Part shown: positions 1 to 10,521 of the stretch, one piece after another | How positions within the stretch are numbered: the stretch's first letter is position 1 | Layout: each line of letters starts with the position of its first letter | DNA from: Obrimoposthia wandeli | Taxonomy: Eukaryota | Assembly (NCBI GenBank): GCA_977020255.1 | Contig: CDROCS010003167.1 | Coordinates: 1-64,000, forward strand | DNA length: 64,000 nucleotides | Direction: 5' to 3' | The notes under the pieces: generated by a model | The model's input: only the letters and a program-made list of their open reading frames with translations | Database searches by the model: none | What the model was told of the DNA's origin: nothing | Translations under genes and position numbers: made by a program

Positions 1-986
1 CCACAGTTGCTACCTTTACTTGTTTTCCATTCAAGATGCAAGTTGATTTGACAGCACTGCCATTGCTAAGGCGATTATTTACAGAGCAGCAAGCTGTAGA
101 ATTAGTTAACCTTTCTCGAGATTGCTTATTTGGAGCTGAAATTATAAAAGTCTGCCCATCAGTTTTTGAATGATTGTGACTCTGCATGAAATAGTCGTGC
201 CATGAAGTAATTCAGCAGTTTTATTGAAGAATCGTGCATTAGTTTTAACCGTAAGACCATCTTTTAGTAAACCGAATAATTAATTTAACTAGCGAGGCAA
301 TTAACCTCGTTAAATCCGAGCATCAAAGTGATATCAATCAAAGATATTCAAACCTTGGATGGAGTGATTCAACTGCATGACGGAACCAAACAAGAAAGGT
401 AACCGTTATTCACGCTTAATCAAGCCAGTGGTGGGCGGCTGGTGAACGCGAGCAGGCTGGATTTATCAGTTCACATTGGCTTAATTGCACTGGAGTTTGC
501 AGTGTTCCTACGCCGACAGAGATGTTACCACATCAGTGCCAGTAGTGATGCGACTACCTACCTGCCAGTAGGATGCGACTACCTGCCAGTGTGTTACAAC
601 CACTGTCATATATTGGGCAATCCCACTTATTTCAGTCTAAACACAACAAAACCACTGTTGAACAAATACTTAAGTTGAAATAAAGTGATAGACAATCAAT
701 TGCAGCAAAGGTCGAAAGACATGTTTGGCTGCTGCATGGCGCTAGGCATGTCTGATGATGTACTTAATTTAGCTGAAAACCTTACTCAAGTTGAATCTGA
801 ATTTGAACGAAATTGATCACATTGGAAAAACAAGGCAAAGCCTCAAGCTTATAGACAACCATTGCCTATTAGAGAAGCAGTATTCCAACCTAGTTGATGC
901 CCAAATAGCCCATTCAGAATTCTGCCTTAAAATGCAATAGTGTAACTCCTGGATAATTTCACTCCCTCATGTTCAACATCAGGTAA

Positions 987-1505
987 ATGTCTCGATTGTT
1001 TCCTAGAAAAGCTCAACTTCCTCAATCTTCATCGACGCCTTGGTCAGAACTGATAACTGACTGCATGAAGCTAGGCTCGCCTATGGCTACAGGTGAAGCT
1101 ACAACTCGCTTTTCAGTTTTAGAGAATGTAATCATAGAGTCATCACTTCGATCAGCAATGGAGTACATGTCATCAAAGAAAGGCTTAATCGCCGTATTCT
1201 CAATAGAAAATCAAAGTCGAACCTTATCAAACCGATTCTCTAAGACCATCTATACAATTATTAATAACGGTGTCGGCATTTACTGCATACACAACCCAAA
1301 AGATAACAACCCTTACAGCCTTATCTCTAATCATTCTAGTGAATACAAGTCGGCCAGAGAACTTCCTTTATCAGGTTACGAAATAGGTGGCGTACTCAAA
1401 TTGATTTACAGCACTTTAATTCTCGCTAAAGGTGATTACCTAAAGCAAGCGAGTGTGGATGATGTGAGCTTCATCGAGTCATCAAAATCTATGTTACTGT
1501 CGTGA
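987..1505 (+). CDS. hypothetical protein
   Basis: 172-aa ORF from the track; no recognisable motif. Confidence 0.4.
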   Translation: MSRLFPRKAQLPQSSSTPWSELITDCMKLGSPMATGEATTRFSVLENVIIESSLRSAMEYMSSKKGLIAVFSIENQSRTLSNRFSKTIYTIINNGVGIYCIHNPKDNNPYSLISNHSSEYKSARELPLSGYEIGGVLKLIYSTLILAKGDYLKQASVDDVSFIESSKSMLLS

Positions 1506-1553
1506 TTGGACTTAAAGTCAATAATGACATGAACTTAAAAAGTATAAAAGATA

Positions 1554-1844
1554 TTGGTAGAAAGGCTCAATGCCTTATGTAAAGAATTTGATAAGACGAC
1601 CATGATCCCTGAATCTCTAAAATCTGAGGTACTTAATTTATCACTCGGCAACTCAACTGAGGAACGAGAAAATCCTCACATGTATCTAGAAGTAGGCAGC
1701 TGTGTCGATTTTTACATAAGCAAGAACAGCAAAGAGAAGATTTTCTCACGCCAACTACTTACGTTTGATGTAAACACGGTCGGAACTGAGGATTATATTA
1801 GATCAACAAAGCTAAAAGTAGCTAGGTTTAATAAGCGTCATTGA
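1554..1844 (+). CDS. hypothetical protein
   Basis: 96-aa ORF overlapping the start of the next ORF; no motif. Confidence 0.4.
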   Translation: MVERLNALCKEFDKTTMIPESLKSEVLNLSLGNSTEERENPHMYLEVGSCVDFYISKNSKEKIFSRQLLTFDVNTVGTEDYIRSTKLKVARFNKRH

Positions 1845-2321
1845 TGATGACAATGTCATTCACCCCAGATTCAATTGAAAGACCAGGCGCATTAATTAAG
1901 ACCTTAGGTACTGTAGAAATTTTTCGGATATTAAAAGAAAGCTGCCTAGAACAAGGCTGCGAACTCGGTGCACCTCAAGGATACAAGCTAAACGCCAGAG
2001 GCAATACTGATTTACTAGTCAATATGTACCAAGGTACTAGCCTTAAGAATGCGTGCGAAGATGCCAAACATTATCACACCGGCTCACCTCGCGGACAGGT
2101 AGCTGTAGATCTCAACGGTGTGAATATCAATAGCCATAGACTCAAAAGTCTGTGCTGCAATGATTATAACAGGAACAGGCAAGCCTGCACTTCAAAGTTT
2201 GGTACAACTCACCAACCCATCTCTTTACAAGTTACTGGCCGCTTACGAGGCTACAGGGCTACAGCTCGAACTTACTGAAAAAGAAAAAGTGGAAAAGCTT
2301 GAGGCCGCATTACACTTCTAG
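1841..2321 (+). pseudogene. probable frameshifted gene
   Basis: ORF 1841-2278 reads protein-like to ...VAVDLNGVNI. A +1 shift near 2130 continues as IAIDSKVCAAMIITGTGKPALQSLVQLTNPSLYKLLAAYEATGLQLELTEKEKVEKLEAALHF* ending at TAG 2319-2321. Confidence 0.4.
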
Positions 2322-2459
2322 GCAAGAATGGATAACCAACTGAAAGTGAATGCATTATCCAAAAGGCAATGTAGAGGACCATATTCGCTAATCCTGATGC
2401 CTACTTGTTATGGCAATTGGTTGCAACTAAAAGAGATAACATTCAATGGTAGAAGATAA

Positions 2460-2798
2460 ATGTTTGTAATCTTGGCGCTTAACCTAGCGTTAACCGCCAA
2501 GATCTTATTTGGTAATTACATCGGAGTTTTTGTGAGTAAAAGTATTTTAGGCAAAATTGTGAACTTGAAAAACGGCGAAAATCATTACCCCGGCCACCAC
2601 GGTATTGTGATCTCTGAAAATAGTGAAGATAATGAGTACATTGTTGCTGGTGGATCAATCTCAATACTCGAAGAAGATGGCTCGATTACAGGTCCAGCGC
2701 CGAGCTTTTGTAGAGGCGATTTCACAGTACCGAGAGTCCAAGCACCGAACGATGACTACCAGCGATGGTTAGCGTTACAAGATGAGATAACAAGATGA
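2460..2798 (+). CDS. hypothetical protein
   Basis: 112-aa ORF; true start may be downstream. Confidence 0.5.
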   Translation: MFVILALNLALTAKILFGNYIGVFVSKSILGKIVNLKNGENHYPGHHGIVISENSEDNEYIVAGGSISILEEDGSITGPAPSFCRGDFTVPRVQAPNDDYQRWLALQDEITR

Positions 2799-3440
2799 GA
2801 TTGCACGAAAGGTTAGCGCACCGATTTTTCATGTGGCTTAGATAAGTTCGAGACCGAAGAAACAAGCTTGAGGACTCTATCACAGATTTTTAACAGTAAG
2901 AGCCGCAAATAAGGCGATTACTGTTAATTAGATACCAAAAGCAACGGTGATGAACGGATGGCGACTTCGGTTAACCAGAGTCGCTCACCGTAGTATTATT
3001 CGGCTACTTCTTCTTTTCTTTTTGATAAGTCTTTTCGGAGTTCGCTGACTGGTCTTACATTTCCTTGCTTAACATCGTTCTAGTATGGTTTATTTTTGAT
3101 TAACCGGATAACCCCGCTTGCGGCGGAGAGAAGTTCGAACGACCCAACAACGTACTGCAGGAACCCACTTTGAGTAACTGCACAATTGGTGAGCCATTTG
3201 CAGGTAAGCAGCATTCTTTCAGGGAAGCCACGCTTCCGTTCTTAAGCCGTCTTTTTTAGTGTTTCTCGTACCATTTTTTGTATTCTCATTCATGCTTTTA
3301 TTTGACAAGAAAGCCTTGTATAAAGGCTTAACCTGCACTTCCTTTGGTTGATTGATTAGGACTTATTCGCCGCATAGCTTTAATGTTTGCGCGACTACCT
3401 GAGCGGCTTTGGTTAATCTCGCTTATAACCGCTTGGCGAT

Positions 3441-3510
3441 CAAGCTAAATATTGTAGTACCAACAGTTAGCGCAGACCATTAATTACAAAAAAACAAAAT
3501 AAAGATCATA
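3441..3510. repeat. 70-bp direct repeat, copy 1 (hairpin with degenerate left arm)
   Basis: caagctaaatattgtagtaccaacagttagcgcagaccattaattacaaaaaaacaaaataaagatcata; about 90% identical to 5271-5340. Confidence 0.9.
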
Positions 3511-3647
3511 CTTGAGCACAGATTGATTTCACCTTCTCCACCTCTTACACTTATAATAAAATGATCGAAACAAATTACCCCCTAAAAAGTAATAGCCTAA
3601 ATCAACTAAGAAAGTTGATATGTCTGTGATCTTATAGGAAAGCCTCA

Positions 3648-3836
3648 TTGTTGATAATCATAAAAAGTATTTCAGCAAAGATGTATCAGCTTTTCATCAA
3701 TAGCCCTGATGCATTCGATCTTGTAGCTGTGGAGATGGATGGCGTTCCGCTTAGTCACCAAATTGATTTCGAGGAAGACGTTAGAACTTACCTAAGTAAA
3801 ACCAAATCTATGATTAATGACCATTATGAACACTAG
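3648..3836 (+). CDS. small hypothetical protein
   Basis: 62-aa ORF overlapping the next ORF. Confidence 0.4.
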   Translation: MLIIIKSISAKMYQLFINSPDAFDLVAVEMDGVPLSHQIDFEEDVRTYLSKTKSMINDHYEH

Positions 3837-4002
3837 CCAAGACTTTGTAAGGAACGAGGATGTTCTGGATGATACAGACCCCCTTTTTAATGCTACTACT
3901 GAGTATTACGAGATACTTAACAGGCATCTATTTGATATGTTTAAAAGTAAAGAAAGTTTAGTCAAACATTATGTAAAGCTTATGTCCAACATCTTCAGGT
4001 GA
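3817..4002 (+). CDS. small hypothetical protein
   Basis: 61-aa ORF in a same-strand run of four ORFs. Confidence 0.4.
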   Translation: MTIMNTSQDFVRNEDVLDDTDPLFNATTEYYEILNRHLFDMFKSKESLVKHYVKLMSNIFR

Positions 4003-4085
4003 AAGCTGTGTTGTTTTGTGGCGGTCGCCTGTGAGACAGTGGCTGTTAAAAGCCTGACACTTTACTTCCAAGTACAGCCAAGACG

Positions 4086-4682
4086 ATGGCAAGTGCCAGC
4101 AACAAGGTGACTACGGATGCAATAATAAATCTTGCATCAGGTAAGGTTGGCGTCACTGGATTCGAAGCTGCAAAAACCCATGTTGTCACCCCTGATGTTG
4201 TTGACGGTATATCTGCTGTCGCTAATGAAGTCGTAAATGCAACTGCAACTGCCAGCGCAAACGGTGTTGACGCTCTATTCGCTAGTATCATGGATTCACC
4301 CGTCACGGCCACCGTAATCCCATTAATGGCCGTCTACGCAATAAGCAAGAACAAAGACAACTTCCTGCGCATGATCGGGCCGCTTAAACACAAGATTGCA
4401 AAAAGGCTGAGGAAGCACGCTGGATTTCTACAGCCTGAAATAGATAAAATATTAAGTGATTCAGGTATGAGAAGGGTTAAGCTACTAGCAAAAGAATTGG
4501 CTACAGTTCAATCTAAGGATCAGCGCCTAAAAATAATCAACAATACACTAAAGGAAGGTGATCATTACTCGGACGTCAAGCCTCATCTGGAAATCCTCAG
4601 CTCACTCAAGAGAACCAGAATCCTAAATGTTCATATTAGAGGGTTGTCAATAACAACTGATGTTAATACCAACAGAGGTTGA
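4086..4682 (+). CDS. hypothetical protein
   Basis: 198-aa ORF overlapping the next gene. Confidence 0.65.
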   Translation: MASASNKVTTDAIINLASGKVGVTGFEAAKTHVVTPDVVDGISAVANEVVNATATASANGVDALFASIMDSPVTATVIPLMAVYAISKNKDNFLRMIGPLKHKIAKRLRKHAGFLQPEIDKILSDSGMRRVKLLAKELATVQSKDQRLKIINNTLKEGDHYSDVKPHLEILSSLKRTRILNVHIRGLSITTDVNTNRG

Positions 4683-5211
4683 TGGCAGTGCCCTCACTCA
4701 ACTCCGAGATAGCGCATTCTATATCGCCGAAGCTATAGCTGCTATAAGCGACTCATTTAACGATGAACTTAACTCAAAACCCAATGCAGTAACGTTCAAT
4801 AAAAAAGACCGAGGAAAGTTCCCTTATAGTGACAGGCAGATGGAGATATCTAATCACATACTTAAAGCTTGCTCGGCGGCCGCAGCTTTCGATCCCGAAC
4901 AGTGCCTATTAATGCACCCTGAAGCTGGTGGTCTAAGGGAGTTCGCTGATTTGTGCGGCTTTATAGCCCAATTCAAGAAAGACTACCAGAGTGATCCTGA
5001 TTCACTACCATTACTAAGTAACGAAGTAAAAGATGAAATGCTGACGTTATCAGAGCTTGTATGCAAGGCCAGTGAAAACAAACTAAACACCCTTATTGCA
5101 GTCAAATTCGAAGATTTAACTTTAATCAAGCAGCAATCCATCGAACTGGAAAATCCACCAGCCCCACCTACACTTGAAGTGGAAACGAGAACAAGTCGAT
5201 TGTCGCTGTAG
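4660..5211 (+). CDS. hypothetical protein
   Basis: 183-aa helical ORF with a Pro-rich linker and C-terminal tail RTSRLSL. Confidence 0.7.
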   Translation: MLIPTEVDGSALTQLRDSAFYIAEAIAAISDSFNDELNSKPNAVTFNKKDRGKFPYSDRQMEISNHILKACSAAAAFDPEQCLLMHPEAGGLREFADLCGFIAQFKKDYQSDPDSLPLLSNEVKDEMLTLSELVCKASENKLNTLIAVKFEDLTLIKQQSIELENPPAPPTLEVETRTSRLSL

Positions 5212-5270
5212 ATACGCGGTGGTGACGGAATTCTCCGATCATAGCTTTTGAGCCAAAGTAAGATAGCGAG

Positions 5271-5340
5271 CAAGCTAACTGTTGGTAGTACCAACAGTTA
5301 GCGCAGACCATTAATTACAAAAAAATAAATAAAGAACATA
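5271..5340. repeat. 70-bp direct repeat, copy 2, with perfect 13-bp hairpin
   Basis: gctaactgttggt-agt-accaacagttagc at 5274-5302; the rest matches 3441-3510. Confidence 0.9.
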
Positions 5341-5432
5341 TACAACAAGTATTTAGGCCGTATAAATCCAGAGCCTAACTACATTTGGCGCAAGGTGTAA
5401 CGACCCGATAACGACAAGGTTACCAATGTTTG

Positions 5433-5789
5433 CTAATTACTTACCATCGCCAAATGAACATTTTTTGGCTTCTGAGTGGTGATCGGCGCGATGGCTTTGT
5501 AATAGCCTAATAAGTATGACTCCATTGCAGAACCAAAAATAACAGAGCTATCAGGCAGGCAGCAATAGACCGCGTCTAGCTTGCCATCATAGCCAAATTT
5601 AACATCCAGAGGACAGGCGAGCGAGTTAGTATCAAAGTAATACAGTTTTGTATTAATAGAGTCACCGTAAGAAAGCTTAAGTACAAGCTTAGTTGCATCT
5701 AGGAACTCTGATAGTTTTGCGTGTGTAATCGCTGTGTATCGAGCGCTGTTTCTTGCTGCTCTGCTTTGTCTGGCTGTTAACTGTGTCAT
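5433..5789 (-). CDS. hypothetical protein
   Basis: 118-aa ORF with RBS-like AAAGGG upstream. Confidence 0.65.
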   Translation of the reverse strand: MTQLTARQSRAARNSARYTAITHAKLSEFLDATKLVLKLSYGDSINTKLYYFDTNSLACPLDVKFGYDGKLDAVYCCLPDSSVIFGSAMESYLLGYYKAIAPITTQKPKNVHLAMVSN

Positions 5790-5941
5790 TTGAAAATTCC
5801 CTTTGGTTGCAAATGGGCGACCGCTTGGATCACTTCACTGGCGTTTGAAAACAACTTGGCTGAACCAACAGCCAAGTTATTTGAATTTGGTATTACGGAT
5901 TCAAATATATATCTGAATTACTTGATGGTGAGGTGTTGAGC

Positions 5942-6850
5942 CTACTCATCCTCACAATAACCGTCACTGAAGTTGTGAGGAATATTCTTCGATAGTTGCG
6001 TTGTGACTTTGATAATTTGAGCGCCGTCAACATCATCAGGCCACCAGCCAAAAGTTCCTGAAATGACGGCCTCAAGAGCCTCTTCTTCTGACTTGAACAT
6101 AAGTTCAGATAGATGAATCTCAAAATTTTTCCCGTCAATATCCAAGAACGTGGCAAAACCATTGTCGTCATTAGCTGGCTTTACCCACTTGTAGTAAACG
6201 CCTCTGTCAGTGCATGGCATTGTACGCTCTGAAAGTGGAGTAAATAAGTCTACACGGTCATACTCGCCATCACCTCCCTCTGCGTCACCGAAAGTTAAAG
6301 CGATTGAATCATAAGATTCAGGGCTGCCGTCCTTGTCTGTATCGAATACATCAACAATCAGTCCCTCACCAGTTCTTACAATACTTAAGAAAAACCCGCC
6401 GCCGACATTATAGCAACCACGGTTCTTACTGCCCGTGGAATCGATGTTATCTCCGTGTTCGATAAGATCGTAATTGGTTCCAGCCCCTTGGTACATACAT
6501 GCTTGTGATGAGTCGTTATTAATTAGCATGAAATCTTCTGAGTTAGCTAAAGATCGACCATGACAGCCCTTGCTATCTTTAGCTACCACAACGATGATGT
6601 TACCGGCTTTGATAGTTATCGCATTATCTTGAATCGGACAGCGTTCAATAAAGAAATGGTTGCGGATGCGATCTTCACGTTCAAGAGATGGCTGTAGAGC
6701 CTCATATGATGAATAGCCAAGCATTCTTGCTGCGACTTGGTTTTGTAAATTTTTGTTTTGGAGATTCGTGTCAAGAACAGATAATGCGTTAACAAGTTCG
6801 TTCTTTTTGAAGTTCTCGAAATTAGAGATAGATGTGTATTGACCTTGCAT
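5942..6850 (-). CDS. hypothetical protein with short N-terminal helical domain (VAARMLGYSSYEAL) shared in type with 54363-54959
   Basis: 302-aa ORF with AAGGA RBS; motif resemblance by eye only. Confidence 0.75.
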   Translation of the reverse strand: MQGQYTSISNFENFKKNELVNALSVLDTNLQNKNLQNQVAARMLGYSSYEALQPSLEREDRIRNHFFIERCPIQDNAITIKAGNIIVVVAKDSKGCHGRSLANSEDFMLINNDSSQACMYQGAGTNYDLIEHGDNIDSTGSKNRGCYNVGGGFFLSIVRTGEGLIVDVFDTDKDGSPESYDSIALTFGDAEGGDGEYDRVDLFTPLSERTMPCTDRGVYYKWVKPANDDNGFATFLDIDGKNFEIHLSELMFKSEEEALEAVISGTFGWWPDDVDGAQIIKVTTQLSKNIPHNFSDGYCEDE

Positions 6851-7217
6851 AATAATTATCCTTGTTTGCTGGAAAAAGTGTTTTTACCCATTACTACACC
6901 ACCAGCGAGATAAAGATTGCATGGTTAATGATAGATGATTATTAATAGTTTGTTTTGGCACCAAAAGGTCGGGTAAATGCCTTGGAGCTAACAACTCCAA
7001 CACGAACACCAGTAGGGTTGATTTCCTCCGTCATTCGATTTAGCTATATTACCACAATATAAATTACTGTCAATGTGATTATTCGTGGTTCCATTGTTTT
7101 TTGACAAAAAATTAATGACCGAAGGTTCTAGATATTGTGCTTATTGGATGAGTAGGTAATTGATGAGTAGGTAATTAGTGCGCTAGTTTGTAAGCTCTAA
7201 CGCATCAATTAAGGTGG

Positions 7218-8906
7218 TTACATCCTTGGTGATGATGGCGCACTTAGTTTTGCGACTTCCATTGTTGGTTCTTGTGATGGAACAGGTCCATTGTCAAATT
7301 CTATACTCGACATAACGGATTTAAACTCATCGCTTTGGACATGCTCTACCGTTGCACTCTCAGCAATACTGATGAAGTCATTGTATTTATCGACCTCGAG
7401 TTCACTCCAGTCATTTGTTATGCCCTCTAAGCTTACCATAACGTGAGATGATGTATCTATTACAGCTATGGCTAGTTTTAATGGGTCATTAGCGAGATCC
7501 AATAGTTCTGGGTTGATTCCGTTCCGCGCAAGTTCAAGCGCCTGCATCCACCCCAGAGATAAGTAGTTTGTGTCGTGGATCTGCATACTCTCCTCGCCAA
7601 GGCCAAGTTTGCTAAATTTGATGTCACCGCCCTCTCTGTTGTAGTTATTGATGTAGGATATTTTTCTTGTATTGATCTGAGCCTCCATCACATGTTCCCA
7701 TTCGGCCTCAGTTCCGTTGGCGGCAACGACTGTCAGCGCGAGAAGATCGGGAAAAGTCTCGTTAAATAACAGGCTACGAGATTCAACACGCTCTTCTCGC
7801 TCACCATTCTCGTAGCCCTCTTCGACTTGAACTGAATCGTTTGGAGATACACCACTAAGCCTGTCATGGACATTGTAAATCGTTGAGTTAGTGAACTTAT
7901 TAAGACTTCCGTTCGCTAGTGAGTGGCCCATTTCGTGAATAAGAGTTGTGACGTTATTCAGCTCGGTTTTTTCGTCGTTAGATAACTCTCCTTTGTACAA
8001 TGGGTTTTCATCCAATGCACTTGTCATGAATGGCAAGTTCTCATCAACAACCCTTCTTTGGTAGTCTGGGTTGGCTACAATAGCCTTAACCTCCTCAAGC
8101 GCGGCATCCATCTCACCACCAGCTATATGAATAACACCTACCCCAATCTTCGCATCGCCGGATTTAAGATACCAGTCAACACCACTATTTTTAGAGTAGT
8201 TAACCTTAGTTGTCCGATTTGCTTGAAAAACATCATTTAATGCGAGTGAGTTAGGTAATGAGTCATTTGGTGCCGGGTGTGGGCGGTCATTAAATTTTCG
8301 GAGTATTTCGAAATTGTTGATGTTATCAGTTATCAACCTTTGAACTTTATTGTTGCTATCAAGAAAGTCTTTCTGGTTATGATCTCCTTGTATATTTTCA
8401 TAACCACCTCGCACCTCTTTCCATGGCTTATGCTCGACATCACCAAAGGTAAATGCATCACTGAGGAATGTACTTTTCTTCTCGAGATTAGTCACAATTG
8501 ATACTGATGACAGAGAATCAAGAGAAAATGGATTTCGAATTAAAATGTTGGGGTTTGTGTTGCTGGTGGATGTAACTATATCCTTGTAATCATCTAGTGT
8601 TATAGGCGTTTTTACGAGGCCTCGCCTTTCCATGTCATCAAGGATCTCTTTTCCACCAGCGTTGGGTTTGTAGGTATCAACAAGTCCTTGAAGCAACTCC
8701 TCTTTGGTTTGGTTTATAATTGGTGCGGAGGTCGAGAATTCCTTTAGTTCGCTAGCGGAATAGCTATTATGTGCATGATCACCGTGAGCGGCTGCTGGAC
8801 TGGACATTCCAATCCCTGCGCTTGCCACCACAGCTAAGATGGACATTTTTAATATTGAGCCAGCTTTAGAGAAGTCAAAGGTACAATCTTTTAGCAAATC
8901 GTTCAT
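7218..8906 (-). CDS. secreted zinc metallopeptidase-like protein
   Basis: Hydrophobic signal-like segment ending SPAAA, a His-rich stretch, HEXXH (LIHEMGHSL) and a downstream NETFPD glutamate as in gluzincins. Confidence 0.65.
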   Translation of the reverse strand: MNDLLKDCTFDFSKAGSILKMSILAVVASAGIGMSSPAAAHGDHAHNSYSASELKEFSTSAPIINQTKEELLQGLVDTYKPNAGGKEILDDMERRGLVKTPITLDDYKDIVTSTSNTNPNILIRNPFSLDSLSSVSIVTNLEKKSTFLSDAFTFGDVEHKPWKEVRGGYENIQGDHNQKDFLDSNNKVQRLITDNINNFEILRKFNDRPHPAPNDSLPNSLALNDVFQANRTTKVNYSKNSGVDWYLKSGDAKIGVGVIHIAGGEMDAALEEVKAIVANPDYQRRVVDENLPFMTSALDENPLYKGELSNDEKTELNNVTTLIHEMGHSLANGSLNKFTNSTIYNVHDRLSGVSPNDSVQVEEGYENGEREERVESRSLLFNETFPDLLALTVVAANGTEAEWEHVMEAQINTRKISYINNYNREGGDIKFSKLGLGEESMQIHDTNYLSLGWMQALELARNGINPELLDLANDPLKLAIAVIDTSSHVMVSLEGITNDWSELEVDKYNDFISIAESATVEHVQSDEFKSVMSSIEFDNGPVPSQEPTMEVAKLSAPSSPRM

Positions 8907-8909
8907 GAG

Positions 8910-9191
8910 TTATATTGTTAAGTTTAATGGGCTAGCTAATAGCTCACCTGATATCATTTTTCCTATGTATATGACTTTGCGGCGTAGCTCGTCTGCTATC
9001 TCGTCACTAAGTCCTACAATTGAGTAATCCTGCATAAAGTGATGGAACACTAACGAGTAAGTGCCATTAGGGGCGCGCGTTAGCTCACCATCTAGTTGGT
9101 CGTGCTCAAGTAATACCAATTCATTGCTTTCGTGAATAAACACGGTGTGCTCACTGTTATTTGCTATTGCATATTCGGAGATTTCTGTCAT
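8910..9191 (-). CDS. hypothetical protein
   Basis: 93-aa ORF ending 3 bp before the start of the metallopeptidase gene. Confidence 0.65.
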   Translation of the reverse strand: MTEISEYAIANNSEHTVFIHESNELVLLEHDQLDGELTRAPNGTYSLVFHHFMQDYSIVGLSDEIADELRRKVIYIGKMISGELLASPLNLTI

Positions 9192-9358
9192 TTTTTGTGT
9201 CTCTTTATTGGTAGTTTAGTGTTTTATCACTTCACTGACAAAGCCATTTATAGATTTATAACCTTGGCTATATAAGTACATAATGCGCTCACGTTGACAT
9301 ACATCCATTTAGGTTCATACTTGTGGCATTATAGGTGTACACAGTTATGTTATAGAGG

Positions 9359-9967
9359 TTGATTTTGAACGCGAATCCATTGTTTACTGAAGATAAAAGT
9401 GATGTTGTTGCTTATTTTTGTTCTGAGTGTCGATATGTTAAGTCACGAGAGGAAGACGCTGAAAAGTGCTGTAGACCTCAAACCTGCAAATGCGGTTCTA
9501 GTGTAGAGCTACACACATCCCTCTGCCGTCCGTGTATAGCTAAGTTTGATGATGAGCGACTAAGACGTAAGCTATCTAAAGCGACAAGGGTTAAAGAACC
9601 TACGAATGACTTTGTTTTCACAGAGGAAGTGGACGAGAACGATGGTTATTTTAAGTTTGATGATATTGAGACTGTTTTCGGTGAATCTGATAAGCCCTTG
9701 TTCGTTTATGATTGCGATCAGGTAACTTGGGCTGGACTTGATACAGATGACCTTATTGAGTGCGCTCTAGAGGCTGGTGATTGGCATGAAGATGCTATCG
9801 AGGATGTTATAGCTAAAGATGAGTTAAAAGAGCTTATCGAAGCTTGGAATAAAAAGCAGAACCTAACCCAGTATGAAAGCGTTGGGACACGGATCATCGT
9901 TTTAGACCAAAAAGCTTTTGATGCGTGGATGGCAATGTCGCCAATCAAGCCAATTAACAAATCGTAG
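9359..9967 (+). CDS. Cys-rich (probable Zn-binding) hypothetical protein
   Basis: CSEC, CC, CKC and CRPC clusters in the N-terminus; acidic C-terminus; GAGG RBS. Confidence 0.75.
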   Translation: MILNANPLFTEDKSDVVAYFCSECRYVKSREEDAEKCCRPQTCKCGSSVELHTSLCRPCIAKFDDERLRRKLSKATRVKEPTNDFVFTEEVDENDGYFKFDDIETVFGESDKPLFVYDCDQVTWAGLDTDDLIECALEAGDWHEDAIEDVIAKDELKELIEAWNKKQNLTQYESVGTRIIVLDQKAFDAWMAMSPIKPINKS

Positions 9968-10252
9968 GTTACTTATGTTTGATGCCAACCTAAGATATCT
10001 TGAGCAGCATGATCAATGCATTGTCGATGTTTAGCGTGCAGCTAGATGAAAAAGTAAGAAGCAGGAATCGCGAGAAAAGGCGACCCATTTGCTCTGCTTA
10101 AAGTTGCGGAAAATGATGCACGATTTATAACAGCAGCAGAAATTCTACTTCCTACCGGAAAAAGAATTCTTGTCAGTAATCAAACGCCGCGCAATGTCGA
10201 GTGGTTAGTTTACCATGGCGGTTTACACGCGCAATAACCCGCCCAATAAGTT

Positions 10253-10295
10253 TGTTTTCAAAAACCATTGACAACCAGAGTGATTGTGGCATTAT
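10253..10295 (+). promoter_or_regulatory. shared promoter element (palindromic box + sigma70 promoter)
   Basis: TGTTTTCAAAAAC-ca-TTGACA-16bp-CATTAT. Confidence 0.7.
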
Positions 10296-10521
10296 TACTA
10301 TAAGTTTTGAGCGTGAGGTAGGAATTGAGGTTCTCCTCAGCAGTAGAGATTTGCATCTTCCTGCACTTTTAGTTTTAAAACAGAAGCTTGGGCTCAGCAC
10401 AATCGTTGACACCACTACCTTCCGTGGTAGTATAGGCCAATCTGTTTAGAGGCTGATTCTTGTGCAAAGAATAGCTCGCGCTCTTTAATTAACAGAAAGA
10501 TATGACATTAATTATAAAGGA

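Noticed and set aside
442-900. TGA read-through or alternative genetic code
   Set aside because: Many intact genes in the window end in TGA and other broken frames contain TAA/TAG, so decay is the simpler explanation
2996-3079. Remnant resembling the C-terminus of a Phd/ParD antitoxin (DVKQGNVRPVSELRKDL)
   Set aside because: Only about 27 codons, preceded by an in-frame stop, with no toxin partner; too weak to call
5829-9237. 12-mer ATCACTTCACTG upstream of two minus-strand genes
   Set aside because: Only two copies with no further structure; not distinguishable from chance
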